A stretch of DNA of 64,000 bases, taken from positions 25,475,821-25,539,820 of the forward strand of contig NC_092379.1 in the NCBI RefSeq assembly GCF_030028105.1. The letters run 5' to 3'. This DNA is from Mobula birostris (lineage: Eukaryota). Below, piece by piece: positions 38,560 to 50,259 of this stretch; the first letter of the stretch is position 1; every line of letters begins with the position of its first letter. The notes beneath the pieces were generated by a model. It had not been told where the DNA came from. It worked only from the letters and a program-made list of their open reading frames with translations, and ran no database searches. The position numbers and the translations under genes were made by a program.

Positions 38560-39830
38560 AGCCTTTCCCTGTCTTATTCGAAAGTACCTATGCAAAACCC
38601 ACGTAGATATCCCCTGATCACTTGTCACATTTCTTCCATCAATTTCCCTAGAACATTTGCTTCCAAATTAAGCTTCCAAGTTCCTGCCTGATATCCTCAT
38701 ATTTCCCTTTACACCAAGTAAACGCTTTCCTAAATTATCTGTTCTTATCCCTCTCCAGTGCCATGATAAAGGAGATAGAATTCTGATTACTATCTCCAAA
38801 TGCTCTCCCACTGAGAGATCTGACACCTGATCAGGTTCATTTCCCAATACCAAATCAAGTACAGCCTCTCCTCATGTAGGCTTATCCACATATTGTGTCA
38901 AAATCCCTCCCAGAACACACCTAACAAACTCCACATAATCGAAACACCAGGCTCGAAGGAGATGCAAATCGAAATCTGCCACCACAACAACCCTGTTATT
39001 ATCACACCTTTCTAGAGTCCGTCTTCCTATCTGCTGCTCGATGTCCCTGATACGATCGGGTGGTTTATAAAAACAGCCAGTTCGGTTTTTGACCCCTTCC
39101 TCGTCGTAACTTCCACCAACAGAGACTCTGTAGATGATCCATACATAACTTTCTCCATTTCTGCCGCCATGACACTATCTGATCCTCCCTGCCTGTGCTT
39201 TTTGAAACATCTAAATCCTGGCACAATATTTAACCAAACCTGCCCCTGAGCCATCCAGGTCTCTGTAATGGCCACCGTATCATATCTCCAGGTTCTAATC
39301 CACGCTCTATGCTCATCCACTTTGTTCATCATATTCCTTGCATAAAAATAGACACATCTCAAACAATCGGTCTGAGCGCCATCCCTTCTCTATATCCAGC
39401 CTATCCTCCCTCTCGCACCGTCCTAAAGTTTTCTCTATTTGTGAGCCAACTGCCTCTTGCTCCGTTACTTCAGTTAGGTTCCCAGCCCCCAGCAGTTCTA
39501 GTTTCAACTCTCCACAATAGCGTTTTCAAACCTCCCCGCCAGGATATTGGTCGCATTGAGATTCCAGTGGAACCGGTCTTTTTTGTACATGTCACACCTG
39601 CCCCCAAAGAGATCCCAATGAATCATAAATCTGAGTTACTGCACTCTGCTACAATCCGTAAGCCATGAATTAATCCTCCACCTCATTCTATTCCTATGTG
39701 AACTGTCATGTGGCACAGGCAGTAATCCAGAGATTACTATTTTTGAGGTACTGCTTCTCAACATCCTTTCTTAAAACACTGTAGTCTGCTTTCGGGCCCT
39801 CCCCCTTTTTCCTACCTAATTTGTTGGTAC
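38560..39830 (-). mobile_element. CR1 5' fragment (ORF1 esterase remnant and APE)
   Basis: HIGTNKLGRK..; CVYFYARN; ITETWM; GNEPDQVSDLSVGEH. Confidence 0.75.
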
Positions 39831-39839
39831 CAATATGTA

Positions 39840-40437
39840 TTCCTACCTCCAGCTGTTTCCAAAATGCCGCAGCCAGGCTTCTGGCAGGTGCCCGGAAGAG
39901 GGACCATATGACTCCTATCCTGGCCTCCATCCGTGTCTTAGGGCTGTCAGTACGGTTCAGAATTGATTTTAAGATTCTCCTGTTCGTTTATAAAGCCCCA
40001 AATTGGCTACCCCGCCACCCATATATCAAAAACCTGCTTCCATGTCCCTCCGGTCGGGTGACTTGGGGCTCCTGGCTGTCCCGCCATCTAAACATAAGCT
40101 CAGGGGTGACCGCACCTTTGCTATTGTAGTCCCTAGACTGTGGAGACGCATGCCCCACTCTCTCAGATCTGCCCCCTCCAGTGACTCTTTTAAATACACG
40201 CTCAAAACATACTTTTATTCACTAGCGTTTGATTTCTCCTGATGTGGATAATTTTCGGCTTGTGCCTGGGCCCTTGTGTGTTTTCGTTTGTACATATAAC
40301 CTGCTCGCCTTGTTGGTAATATCTGTGTATCTTGTATTCGTAATTTTAACTATCTGCTCTGATCTGGACAGTATTTTGGTCAACGCGGGTTGTTTTAAAA
40401 TGTGCTATATAAATAAATTTCACTTGACTTGACTTGT
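39840..40437 (+). mobile_element. L2 LINE 3' end
   Basis: QNAAARLL...RDHMTPILAS...RFRIDFKILLFVYKA; SLRS..GLLAVP...GDRTFA...PRLW; tail aataaatttcacttgacttgactt. Confidence 0.82.
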
Positions 40438-40439
40438 TT

Positions 40440-40745
40440 TGTCATTCCAACTTCAGGATATCGTGGACGCGATGAGAAAGATCTCCGATCCTGCCACCTG
40501 GGAGGCAATCTACCAACCCTATTTCTTTCCTGCGCCCACAAATTCGGCTGTCTGACGCTATAACTAAATCGTCCCCTATCACTGCTGCCATCCTCTTCGT
40601 TCCCTACCCTTCTGAGCTATAGGGCCAAACTCTGTGCCAGAGGCGCGACTACTGTAGCTTTCATTAGGAAGGCTGTCCCATTCAACAATACTCAAACATG
40701 AGTGCTTATTGTTAAGGGGGACAGCCAGTGGGGTACTTTCTAGCA
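40440..40745 (-). mobile_element. CR1 ORF1 esterase-region fragment
   Basis: Resembles the GDS-containing start of CR1 esterase ORF1 (tagtgataggggacgatttagttatagc). Confidence 0.5.
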
Positions 40746-41569
40746 TCTGTCACTTGCCCTTACATGGGTAATTACACATGTTCCAGTATATTAAATAAAT
40801 AAATAAATACATACATAAATAAATAACGGGAAGGCCAAAGAAGTCTCGATGAACATAGATCATAAAATCCATTCTAAAGCTCGAACTCCTGCACTGATCA
40901 GCAGAAAATACGTATGGGGGGGGGGGGTGATTGGGTGGTATTAGATGTAGGGATCCTCTGCATTGTTTGTGAATAAAACTTTGCTTCATTTAACAAAATA
41001 ATCAGAATTTGTTACTGCAGCAAATGTCTGAAACATACAACGCATGTATTATTTCATTTAGACAGGCTGTAAGATAAATTAAAATACCACGCGCACTCCG
41101 TTATACGAGTAGAATGTAACTGGTAATTAGTGAACTAATTTGTAGAAAAAAGGAAATAAATCCAATACAGAGATGTATAGATATTAGCCTTACTTTGTTG
41201 AGATCCATTGAGTTCCAACATCAGACTGGACAGAAAAAAGAAGGGGACTAAAACCGACAAAAAAGGGTGCTGTCTCATTGTTGCTGCTATTATACATTAA
41301 AATGATTGTTAGAAGTTATTTGTAACTTGAAATTAAGACAATCAATGAGAATATTTTTGCATGTTCAGTCACATTAAAATGTAGCCAACACAAAAGTTCC
41401 CATTATGTCGGGAAACAGTGTTAAGATTAATTGAAATAAAATTTAACTCTGTCTATAGATACATTACTTGAAGAGAAGCAGGTTAAAGTGCATAAGCACG
41501 GGATCGAAAGCAATGCATGGACCAATGTGTTAATATGAATACGATAGTCGGACAGAAGTCATAAGGTCA

Positions 41570-41770
41570 CAGAACAGTACAGCACAGAAGCAGGCACTTT
41601 AGACTTCAATGTTGAGGTTATTTAATTATTAAACGTCCTATTCCAACTGATCTGCAACTGGACCATTGCATCCATAACACTCCCATCTATGTACCAGTCC
41701 AAGCTTTGAATAAACTCTGAAATAGAGCTCTCATGCACTAGTTGCGCTGGCAACTAATTCCACATTCATT
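41570..41770 (-). mobile_element. CR1 3' tail remnant
   Basis: cataaggtcacagaacagtacagcacagaagcaggc tail. Confidence 0.55.
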
Positions 41771-41849
41771 CAAAGCTTTTTTTTTTTTTTCAGACAGGGA
41801 TTCAATGTTGTTTTGAAAATCAAAGTTCCCTACAAGTGATATCCTTATT

Positions 41850-42407
41850 TTATTTTCTGACATTGCCATAGAAGCATCGGAATTTCAATATTTCGGTTTT
41901 GAAAGCTTGCCGTTTACAGGTGCACATTTGCTTGTAAACAGTCTGTCTGAATTCTGACATGCCTGATGCTTTGAGATACCATCTCAACTGGAATTTCTCC
42001 AATTAGAATCTCAATCTTTGGCCCAGACCTGTATTTTTGACTGTTGTTGGTGTGCCTAAGATTGGAGCAATGTACCCTTAGAAGAGAAAGAAGGAGCATA
42101 TTATTCGTCGAAATGGAGGTGATTTTGTGCAAGTCGGTGCAAACAAAAAGGCTGAGGAGGCCATGTGGCACAAAATATTTAAGTGGTGTTTGATATGTTC
42201 TGGATTAGTAAGAGCGCCAAGTTTTCGGGAAAAAAAAACAAATACAGGGGAATGGGTTTGTAAGTCTTAATATACCAGACATGACAGAATTGAGAAGAAG
42301 TATCGATGAGCCACATGAGCTTATCTGTTCCAATGTTTTACAGCCATATGTTTTTACTTGCTGGAGCAGTCGTAAAGGTCGTATAATATGCAGGGCCAAC
42401 ATAGCAT
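41850..42407 (-). pseudogene. Putative IgNAR/NAR-TCR-type V pseudogene (leader relic 42358-42407, V exon relic from 42076)
   Basis: ATG...ctccagcaa|gtaaaa donor, 281-nt intron, strong acceptor ctccttctttctcttctaag, phase 1. Reads (G)YIAPILGTPTTVKNTG, then with frameshifts DSNWRNSS..WYLKASG and PVNGKLS. Colinear with the VNAR pattern FTARVDQTP.TITKETG..RDSNCALSSTYWYRKKSG..TVNSG.KSFS. Many indels, no Cys, no valid RSS. Confidence 0.45.
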
Positions 42408-43420
42408 GCTTATCACGTCATTCTCTGGAATGTAAAAAAAAAAAATCGACAATCCGGGCGAAATCTAAGTGGCCGCGTGGAGAGCGTACAAAATCATAAC
42501 AGGTGTCAGCGGGAATAGACCCCACAACGTAGAATTCGAGCTTTAATGGGTTCTGCTAGCTTCTGCGCTGCAATGTTATTGTACTGAACGTTGTGCAACC
42601 TGGTGTGCTACTATGCCGTATCAGCATGATAACCTGGCCTTAAGTTATATTTAACCGCGGCACGAAATCGGTATGTAAGAGTCAGAAAAGAACCAGCATT
42701 ATGTCGCTCAACAATCGTCCGGTTATCTTCATTTTGACATGTAGCGTTTGTCATGCGTATATATTTAATTGAACTATATATACTGTTCCTGTCTACGAGC
42801 GTTTTCTGTGCATATTGTGCGTACTTGTTTTTTTTACAGATTATGAAAACATTTCCGACATTGCAGAATAGCTCACTTCTGCGCGGTTCTGCAGAATTTG
42901 CAGATCAAAAATGCCATCTGGCATGCAGTTGGTTGCAAGTCATACATTGCGATGTTTGCAAAGATTGATGTGAATGCTCAAGAATTCTGAGTAAATTGTG
43001 CACAAGCTAATGATAATCCTTCAAATAAGAACTGTCTGGTTAGTAGTGGGAAATTGATAATCTGGTTATTAATGTGTTTATATCTGTAGTGATCACAGAT
43101 GGACTCGAGGTCGGCGTTGATATAAATAATCTCAGAAATACAAGTCTTGAATTAGAATGCAGAGGGACAGAAACGAATCATATTTGCCCCCACCAACGCA
43201 TAACATATTTTCAGAGAGGAAGATGTAACTGTTCAAACGATCCAGCAGTAATAGTTAATCCATCAGTTCTCCTTCTGTCGGCTGGAAAATATTAAAATAG
43301 AGATATTATTTAGGATCATTCTGGGTCTCTATTTTCCCATTAATCTCAGGGAATCGGAACATATCGATTACGGGTCCAGTGCAATTGAAGAAATCACTCG
43401 CTCTCTGTACCTATGTCCAG
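42340..43420. repeat. About 1-kb tandem segmental duplication, copy 1
   Basis: Colinear blocks shared with 44390-45390, e.g. gctttaatg.gtt.tgcta and tgatataaataatctcagaaatacaagt (28 nt identical); roughly 65-75% identity by eye. Confidence 0.8.
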
Positions 43421-43819
43421 TTATCTCCTAATTGTTCTTTTATTTTAACTGGTTTTATACAGAGATACTGAAAAAAAAATACTAATAATAATAATCATCA
43501 ACATACAAATAAATCGTGGGCTGAATTGTTGATCTGAGCAGTGTCTATGGGAGTTGTTGTCGTCCATCTTTAATGTATTTCCCACGATCAAAAGATGTTC
43601 CTGGGCAGAAACTGAAGGAGTTGGATCTGGTATGGACCGTGCTAATGTTCTATCAGAAGGCCTTTACCACCGCCATAAACAGTGCATTTCGGGTAATGTA
43701 CTCACGAATCCATATATAATTCAAGAAATAAAAAAAATTGCACAGTCCCACTTAAATGCATGCCCTCTCATATTAGATATAAAACACACCACACACACAC
43801 ACACCCACACACACACACA

Positions 43820-44290
43820 ACAAAACAATAGCTAAGGATAAGGTGTTGTTCGCCATTTTTTTTTTCCAATTTTCTCACGATCTTATAAAGTTCTATACAT
43901 CTCCCCGCGTCATCCGCCATCCCAGGGAGAATAATCAAAACACATCAAAACTCTCGTTATATCACTTGCCCTCAAATCAAGGCAGCATCCTCGCGAAACC
44001 TTCTGCATCTCCCTAAATCGCCTACGTATTTCTCATATTGCATTGACCAGAAAATGCTCCTAACCAGAGATCTGTAAACTGGTAAAATAGCTTCCTGACT
44101 TGAGAATTTCATACCCCGACTAATAACTGCAAACATGCCAGCTGGCCTCTTAACCACACTATCAATCTATGTAGCTACTTCCAGGTAGCTATGAACTTGC
44201 ATGCAAGATCTTTCTGCTCAGCAGCACTATGCAGGGTATCGAATTTAACAGTGTATTGTATCTTTACGTTTTGCCGTACAAATCTGAATC
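43820..44290 (-). mobile_element. Degenerate CR1 3' fragment
   Basis: GMFAVISRGMKFSSQEAILPVYRSLVR. Confidence 0.6.
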
Positions 44291-44389
44291 AGTAGCCAGT
44301 TGGCAGAGCTAAATGCAGTCGTCATGGTACCGTCCGCTCTCCACGACATTACCAAGTCAGGCCAAATTTCCCGAACCCACATAAAATGT

Positions 44390-45390
44390 CTATCCCATAC
44401 GTTTTTGGGTTGTGAAATAAATCATTGGACCCAGGCACAGCTACAATATCACGTACTGAACTTTGAAAATCATCAAATGCTTCAGCAGGAATGGGCCAAA
44501 TAACTTAGATCTTACGCTTTAATGAGTTTTGCTAACCTGTGCGCTTCCATGTCATTGCAGCATTGTGAACATTGCACAGCTTGGTGCACTGCTGTGCCAT
44601 ACAACAAGCTTAAGACAGACTGATCTTAAATGAAACCGGACAAGGAATCTGTATGTAAGATAAGAACCAGGAATATATCGTTCAAGTATTTATATTATGC
44701 CAGGTTAACTCCTTTTTTGTTATCCTCTATTTTCTCACCTGTTCCCTCCTGCTTGGGAGCGTTCATTGCATATGTGCTGAGCGTTTGCTGTTTTCGAATT
44801 ACGAAAAATATTTCATACACTGCATGATAGCTCAAGATCGGGCTGATGTGAGGGAATAGCAGAGCTGAAATGTTATCTGGTATCCAGTCGGTGCAAGTGA
44901 TATACTGTGATGTTTTCCAAGACTGATGTTAGCACCCCTGGAATGTCAGTGCATGTTGCATAAGTAGCCATTTAAATACACAAACAAACACGAAACTTTC
45001 TGCTCAGGTGTGGGAAATTACTGATTAGCTTATTTAAGATGCTGAAATATGCAGTGATCGCTGGTGGACTCGCGGTTGGCGCTGATATAAATAATCTCAG
45101 AAATACAAGTCCCAGATTGAAATGCGTAGCAACAGAAACGGAACCAAATTATCCCCACCAACGCATAGCGTATTTGGAGAGAGAAATATGCAAATGTTCA
45201 AACAGTGTAGCAGTAATAATTCACCCTTCAGATATCGTTCCGTCAGCTGCAGGGTATTAACATAGGTATTATTCAAGTTATTTCACGGTATTTTTTCTCG
45301 TACTGACTGGAAAACGTTACATACCTATTACAGATCGAGGGAGATATAATGAATATATCACTGAGATACCTCTGAACGTAGTCGTAGTAA
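44390..45390. repeat. About 1-kb tandem segmental duplication, copy 2
   Basis: Colinear with copy 1 at 42340-43420. Confidence 0.8.
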
Positions 45391-46094
45391 CTGACAAAAA
45401 CGTAACTAAATATTTATTAATACACGGGAGGGTGGTGGGGGCGGATATTACATTCCTAACATGTGCGCAAAAGTTAATATACTACTTTGCTATGTAAATG
45501 TGGAGCAGAGAAGGGGTTGTCAATTCGCTTTCATGAACTTATAACTGAAATATATAAATCATGGATAATGGGCCAATAGTTGAGGAAAAAAAAATGTCGA
45601 GGGATCCTTTCTGGGAGGAAGCTCAAAATGGTGCATTTAATTTTCTAATCAGTAAATGCACTCGTCTGTATCGTTGTATTAGTGGATCTGTGGAGGCATA
45701 GTTATGAAACTGCTTCTGCGCAATTCCCTACAGATGGATTTGACTGAGTCTTAAAGCAGATACAAAAAACTTTTGATCGCATACACAAAATCTCACTAAC
45801 TTATATTCAGCAAATGCATCATCCAAATCGCACTAGTTTACAAATTCTCTCAAATAACTACGTTAAATCATAATCTTGTGTCAGTCTTATTTCGTTCTCC
45901 ATTTCTGTGTATCAAATTGTGTCAACGATTTCTCAGGTATGAATTTCGAAAACTCATGTTATCAAACGTCATAAACCAATGATCTCTTGCGCACGACAAC
46001 ATTATTTATTTTCAAATATCGCGCAGAAATAACCAGAGTTAACTCTTACACACAATGTTAACCGTACCCTCGATCCGCAAACTCCAGAGCTCCG

Positions 46095-46445
46095 AAATCT
46101 TAGACCATAAGACCATAAGATTTATGAGTAGATGTCGGCCATTCGGCCAACTGAGACTGCCACCCTATTCAGTCCTGGGCTGATCGACTTCATCCCGTGA
46201 TCTCTACTCCCGTGCTTTCATCCATACCCTTTGATGCCCTGGTAATCAAAAACCTGTCTGTCTCTGCCTTAAATGCACCGAATGACTTGGTATCCACAGC
46301 CACTCGGGGTAACATTTTCCACACATTTACCGCCCTTTGACTAAAGTAACCTTTGGCTTCAGAACACGATCGATATTCTTTGACCAAACCCTTAGCATGT
46401 CCAATCGCGGCCATTCGTCGAACACGGAGAACGGGTTCCATTCCC
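46095..46445 (-). mobile_element. CR1 3' end fragment
   Basis: (gaccataa)n tail; YFSQRAVNVWKMLP...FKAETDRFL. Confidence 0.7.
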
Positions 46446-47689
46446 ACTAAAGAAGCATGTGTGTAACCCCAGGGCAGGGTCTTTAAGAAGAGCCCTGAAA
46501 GGGAAAGATAAAGATATTAAATAAAAAATACAGCTGTGATATTATATAAGTCCTCTGTGAGTTTTAACTGTAGTCTCAGATGTTCTTTCGATTGAAACGT
46601 CTATCACTGAAAGAAGGAAACTGTGTTTTCCAGTACCTTGTTAGACTGAAGTATCGTCTGCATGGTAAAGAGAGGACGCATTGTTCCAATTGCCGGCAGT
46701 AGCAGCAAAACACAGTAAGCCGTGGACGAAAAAAATGAGGAAAGTAAACTAGCCTTTGAGGATTGTGTAAATACAGTACGGTGTAATCTCTCTTCAGTTA
46801 GTATACCAGTGGTTAATTCTACAGGTGTTAACATCTTCGATTGCCTTTCGAACTTAGAGATCAGCATTCTCAATACCATCAGCTAGCAGTGGTCCAAAAC
46901 AGAGAGATTTCAACAAGTACGACGAAATCACAACTAGTACTATAAAATGTTTGACTTCCAGGTTTCCAACAGTTCAGCGGGGAAATGGTGGTGGCTATTA
47001 CGATCGTGCTGACAAAGCAGCAGGAATATGGGGCTATATCCACAGGTCACTCATCTAATCGAGATAAAGAGTTTATTAATCAGGTCAAACATTGTAATAA
47101 AGAGATGGAACATCACGTAAAATGCATGCATTTTCATATGCCAAACCTCACATCGTTGTCAAAATATTACACTAACGTATTGATACAATGACGGTCATTA
47201 CAAAAAATGCTGAGGTGATTGACACATAAAGATGGGTAGATAATGCATTGAACACACCACTGGAATTTGGTCACACCCACTTTTTGAACGTGAAAGAAAA
47301 TGTACATGGAATTATTATTAAAAAAAAAACTAAGCTCTCGTAAAAAAAGTAAGTATTCTTGCCTTGGCAATTATCATGGATTCTGCAAGGCTTATAACAC
47401 ACGGTCGGCATTTTGACTTGCGCGATTGCTTTCAGACCTGACTGTACTCAATTGTTAAAATTAGTAAACAGCAGATGTAGATCAGAAATGAAAAAAAAAC
47501 AAAAAAAACAAACAAAAAAAAAAAAAAAAACTTTTGTTTGTACCCCGAAAATGTCATGGCGGAAGAACGTGAATTGATTTATACTTTTTTTTAAAGCGGA
47601 TACTGCTGTCGTCGTATTGATTTATTTTCCCAGGATGGCAACTCCACTAATGAAGTTACTGAGAAAAATATCGTGATTTAGAAATTGAA

Positions 47690-47745
47690 ATCAGAGCACA
47701 CCCAGGCTATTACAGTTCTGAAGCAAGCTTAACCACTGCGCCTGC
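47690..47745 (-). mobile_element. Possible tRNA-derived SINE head remnant
   Basis: A-box-like ggcgcagtggttaagc followed by a weak ctgggt B-box region. Confidence 0.3.
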
Positions 47746-47792
47746 TCTAAAACCCTCAGCTCCGAGTGAATCATTCTCATTGGAGTTCGCCA

Positions 47793-47994
47793 AAGCTTAT
47801 AACACACTGTCAGCAACGGTATGTTCGGGAGATGCATAGAAAATTAAGACCGCAGCATATGTTTCATACTTGTTCCCGCCAGTAGACCTGAGGCATACTG
47901 CATGTAAAAAAAAAAAAAAAACAACAACAACAACAACAACAAACTCCTTGACTGATTTCGCAGCTTGTGGCTTGCCACCGATAATATTTTCCAG
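47793..47994 (-). pseudogene. Possible second VNAR-like V relic
   Basis: Colinear pieces: QAAKSVKE, (GTT)n/T-run, TCSMPQVYW, GGNKYET, FSMHLPNI/TVADS, YK. Needs frameshifts and a large deletion. Confidence 0.28.
47905..47943. repeat. A-run plus (AAC)n microsatellite
   Basis: Seen directly in the sequence. Confidence 0.9.
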
Positions 47995-48749
47995 CTGGAT
48001 AAATCGTGCTCTCCGATAGTATGTACGTTTGCTATAACCTGAAAGAACACCTACTTCTGAGGCAAGCAAGAAGGTGTGCTTTACCTGATGGACGCACTTC
48101 CGATCATCTACAACGTTGTGGTATATATTTGAAGAAGCAAAGGGAAAAAAAAAACATAGATGGAGTCATAAAGGTAAACGCCTAATCAAAATTGCACCTT
48201 GAGGGGAATAGGAAGGCAGCTGAGTTTACGAAACAAGGCGCTTCAAGTGGCAATAACTTCCAGCTGCAAAATGGGAAGATAGGAAGACAGAAGAAACAAC
48301 GGTTTAAAATTATGCATGTAACAGAGAAGAAGAATAAAGTTAACGAATACAAACAGCTAATGGACGGAGCAGGGTCAGGTATGTATAAAGATCACACGGC
48401 GATACAATTTAAGGATGGAGTAGTCCTGTATGAAGTGAAGTGTGTCCCAGGGATACGATCAGATAACCTACTGGTACACGATCTATTCTGAAACCAGGGA
48501 ACCAAGGAACCCGGGTAGCTATAAAGGAACTGAGTTGCTGTCTTAGGAGTTAGAACTGAAAAGGAACATTCTGTTAAGAATTGAGGGATCTGTGCATGAG
48601 AGATAAATGCAGAGAAACAAGTCCCTGGAAATGCCAAGCTATTGGAAAGCCTGTGAAATAATTCGCAGATACGTTATGATGCACTGCTGCTACACAGTCA
48701 AGGAGAACGGAAGTTTTTCAGACTGAGACTAACACGGCCAAAGCAACAG

Positions 48750-48784
<35 letters not shown>

Positions 48785-49796
48785 TAACTAACTAACTTAT
48801 TGGTAATGGCGTTTACTCACGGGATAACGTCGGTGTATAGAATTGGATCAGGGAATGCAGTCTATAGCCCAACTAATGCAAGAGATCATGACACTTTTAG
48901 GATGAAGCTGAAAGTTTATGTACAGAATATAAATATATATATATATCTGTTTTGTGGAATTGTAGAAATAGTGAACAGACCAAGAGAAATATATGATGCC
49001 TAATCTGCAGCAAAAACATGGAACAGCGTGGCCGGTATTTTTGACTTTGATGACGATGAGGAATATCCGTTGCATCATTGATGAGTTCTACCCCTTATAA
49101 ACTCATGAACGGAGAGACATCATTAGATTGGAGGCATTGTTACGGTAAAATTTGTCAGAACCTGAAACAAATGGGAAAGTGTCAGAAAATCGGGCACCAC
49201 AGTTGGTAGAGATGGTGAAGGAGGCCAACTATTTGGCGGCCTATCAAACAGAAAAAAAAAGGAACAACAACAAAGTAAGGATTTGTTTGACTGAAAATTT
49301 AGTCCCATCGAAGTAAGACCAGAACAAAGGGCGATGATTAGAATAGAGCAGTTCCATTTTTTTTTTAAATAAGCTTTTCATGATATAATTAAATTATGCA
49401 CAAACCAAGTGAATCAATTTACAGGATACTGATTTCCTTGGATAAAATCGAATGGTATCACATCAGGTAGTTGAAATTGATGCAAGGGAAGCAGGAAAAC
49501 TATGATAATCCGCAAGTACATATTGATGCACAACATGGTTGCAATTTTGGAGACTTGACAATTGTTACTTATGACAGTTATGATTTGGAAAATTTGGGTT
49601 TCAACAGCTGTTCCAAGAAGAACAGATCTGACCAAGGAGCATATTTTCCACTTTCTCAGTCTGAGGATAAAAGACAACAAGCAATGCATTGAACCCAGAC
49701 TCCCTTATCCTGAAAGAAAATTGAATGAGAAAATATGGGCTGCTTGAGTCCAAAGTCTATTGTGAGTCTGCAAAAGATGGGTTAGGGAAAAGAAAT

Positions 49797-49797
49797 A

Positions 49798-49834
<37 letters not shown>

Positions 49835-49835
49835 T
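49797..49835. repeat. (AAT)n microsatellite
   Basis: Seen directly in the sequence. Confidence 0.95.
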
Positions 49836-50259
49836 TAAAAATAAAAAAAAACAGAAAAATGAACGTCAAGTTAGTCAAGATTGAAACTGGAAGTAAGTTT
49901 GTTACAGATTTTATTCGACATTAAGAACATAATGAAAACAAATTGATTTGCCATTAGCCATGGCAGGGGCGTTGGTTGGTTATGCTCCATAACCATTACT
50001 GCGGACTAACGTGTCAACAACCACTGCATTATATGAAGAACAATCGGTGATCAAAATTCAATTTTCTCAACGAACACTGTTAATACTGGCTCATGTCGGA
50101 GAAATAGAAGACTCGAAGTACTGTGATCCTGGGTTAGATGGTTTGATGAACATCGATAAATCCTGTTGTATTCCAAAGAGTAGAAAGGATCATTTCCTAT
50201 GTAACTAAATTCGAAAATTAGTACTGTTTGGTTATCGAGAGGGAATATTCATCATGCAA

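Noticed and set aside
41194-41225. 32-nt micro-exon with good acceptor and donor on the minus strand
   Set aside because: Length and phase do not fit a TCR/Ig connecting-peptide or J exon, and there are no partner exons.
42840-42872. + strand acceptor followed by (D)YENISDIAE*, like a tyrosine-motif tail exon
   Set aside because: The acceptor is not conserved in duplicate copy 2 and no upstream + strand exons were found.
45188-45195. Ig octamer ATGCAAAT
   Set aside because: Not conserved in duplicate copy 1 and far from any leader; expected by chance in AT-rich DNA.
43074-45260. Paired 73-aa + strand ORFs (43074-43295 and 45039-45260) with aligned stops
   Set aside because: Substitutions are spread over all codon positions with mostly non-synonymous changes, the starts are non-ATG or weak, and no domain is recognisable; duplication alone explains them.
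46780-46885. ..TCRINHWYTN.. V-like fragment on the minus strand
   Set aside because: Cys-to-Trp spacing is far too short and there are no other framework motifs or RSS.
50011-50208. + strand ORF with IEDSKYC resembling a V FR3
   Set aside because: No WY motif, first Cys or heptamer.
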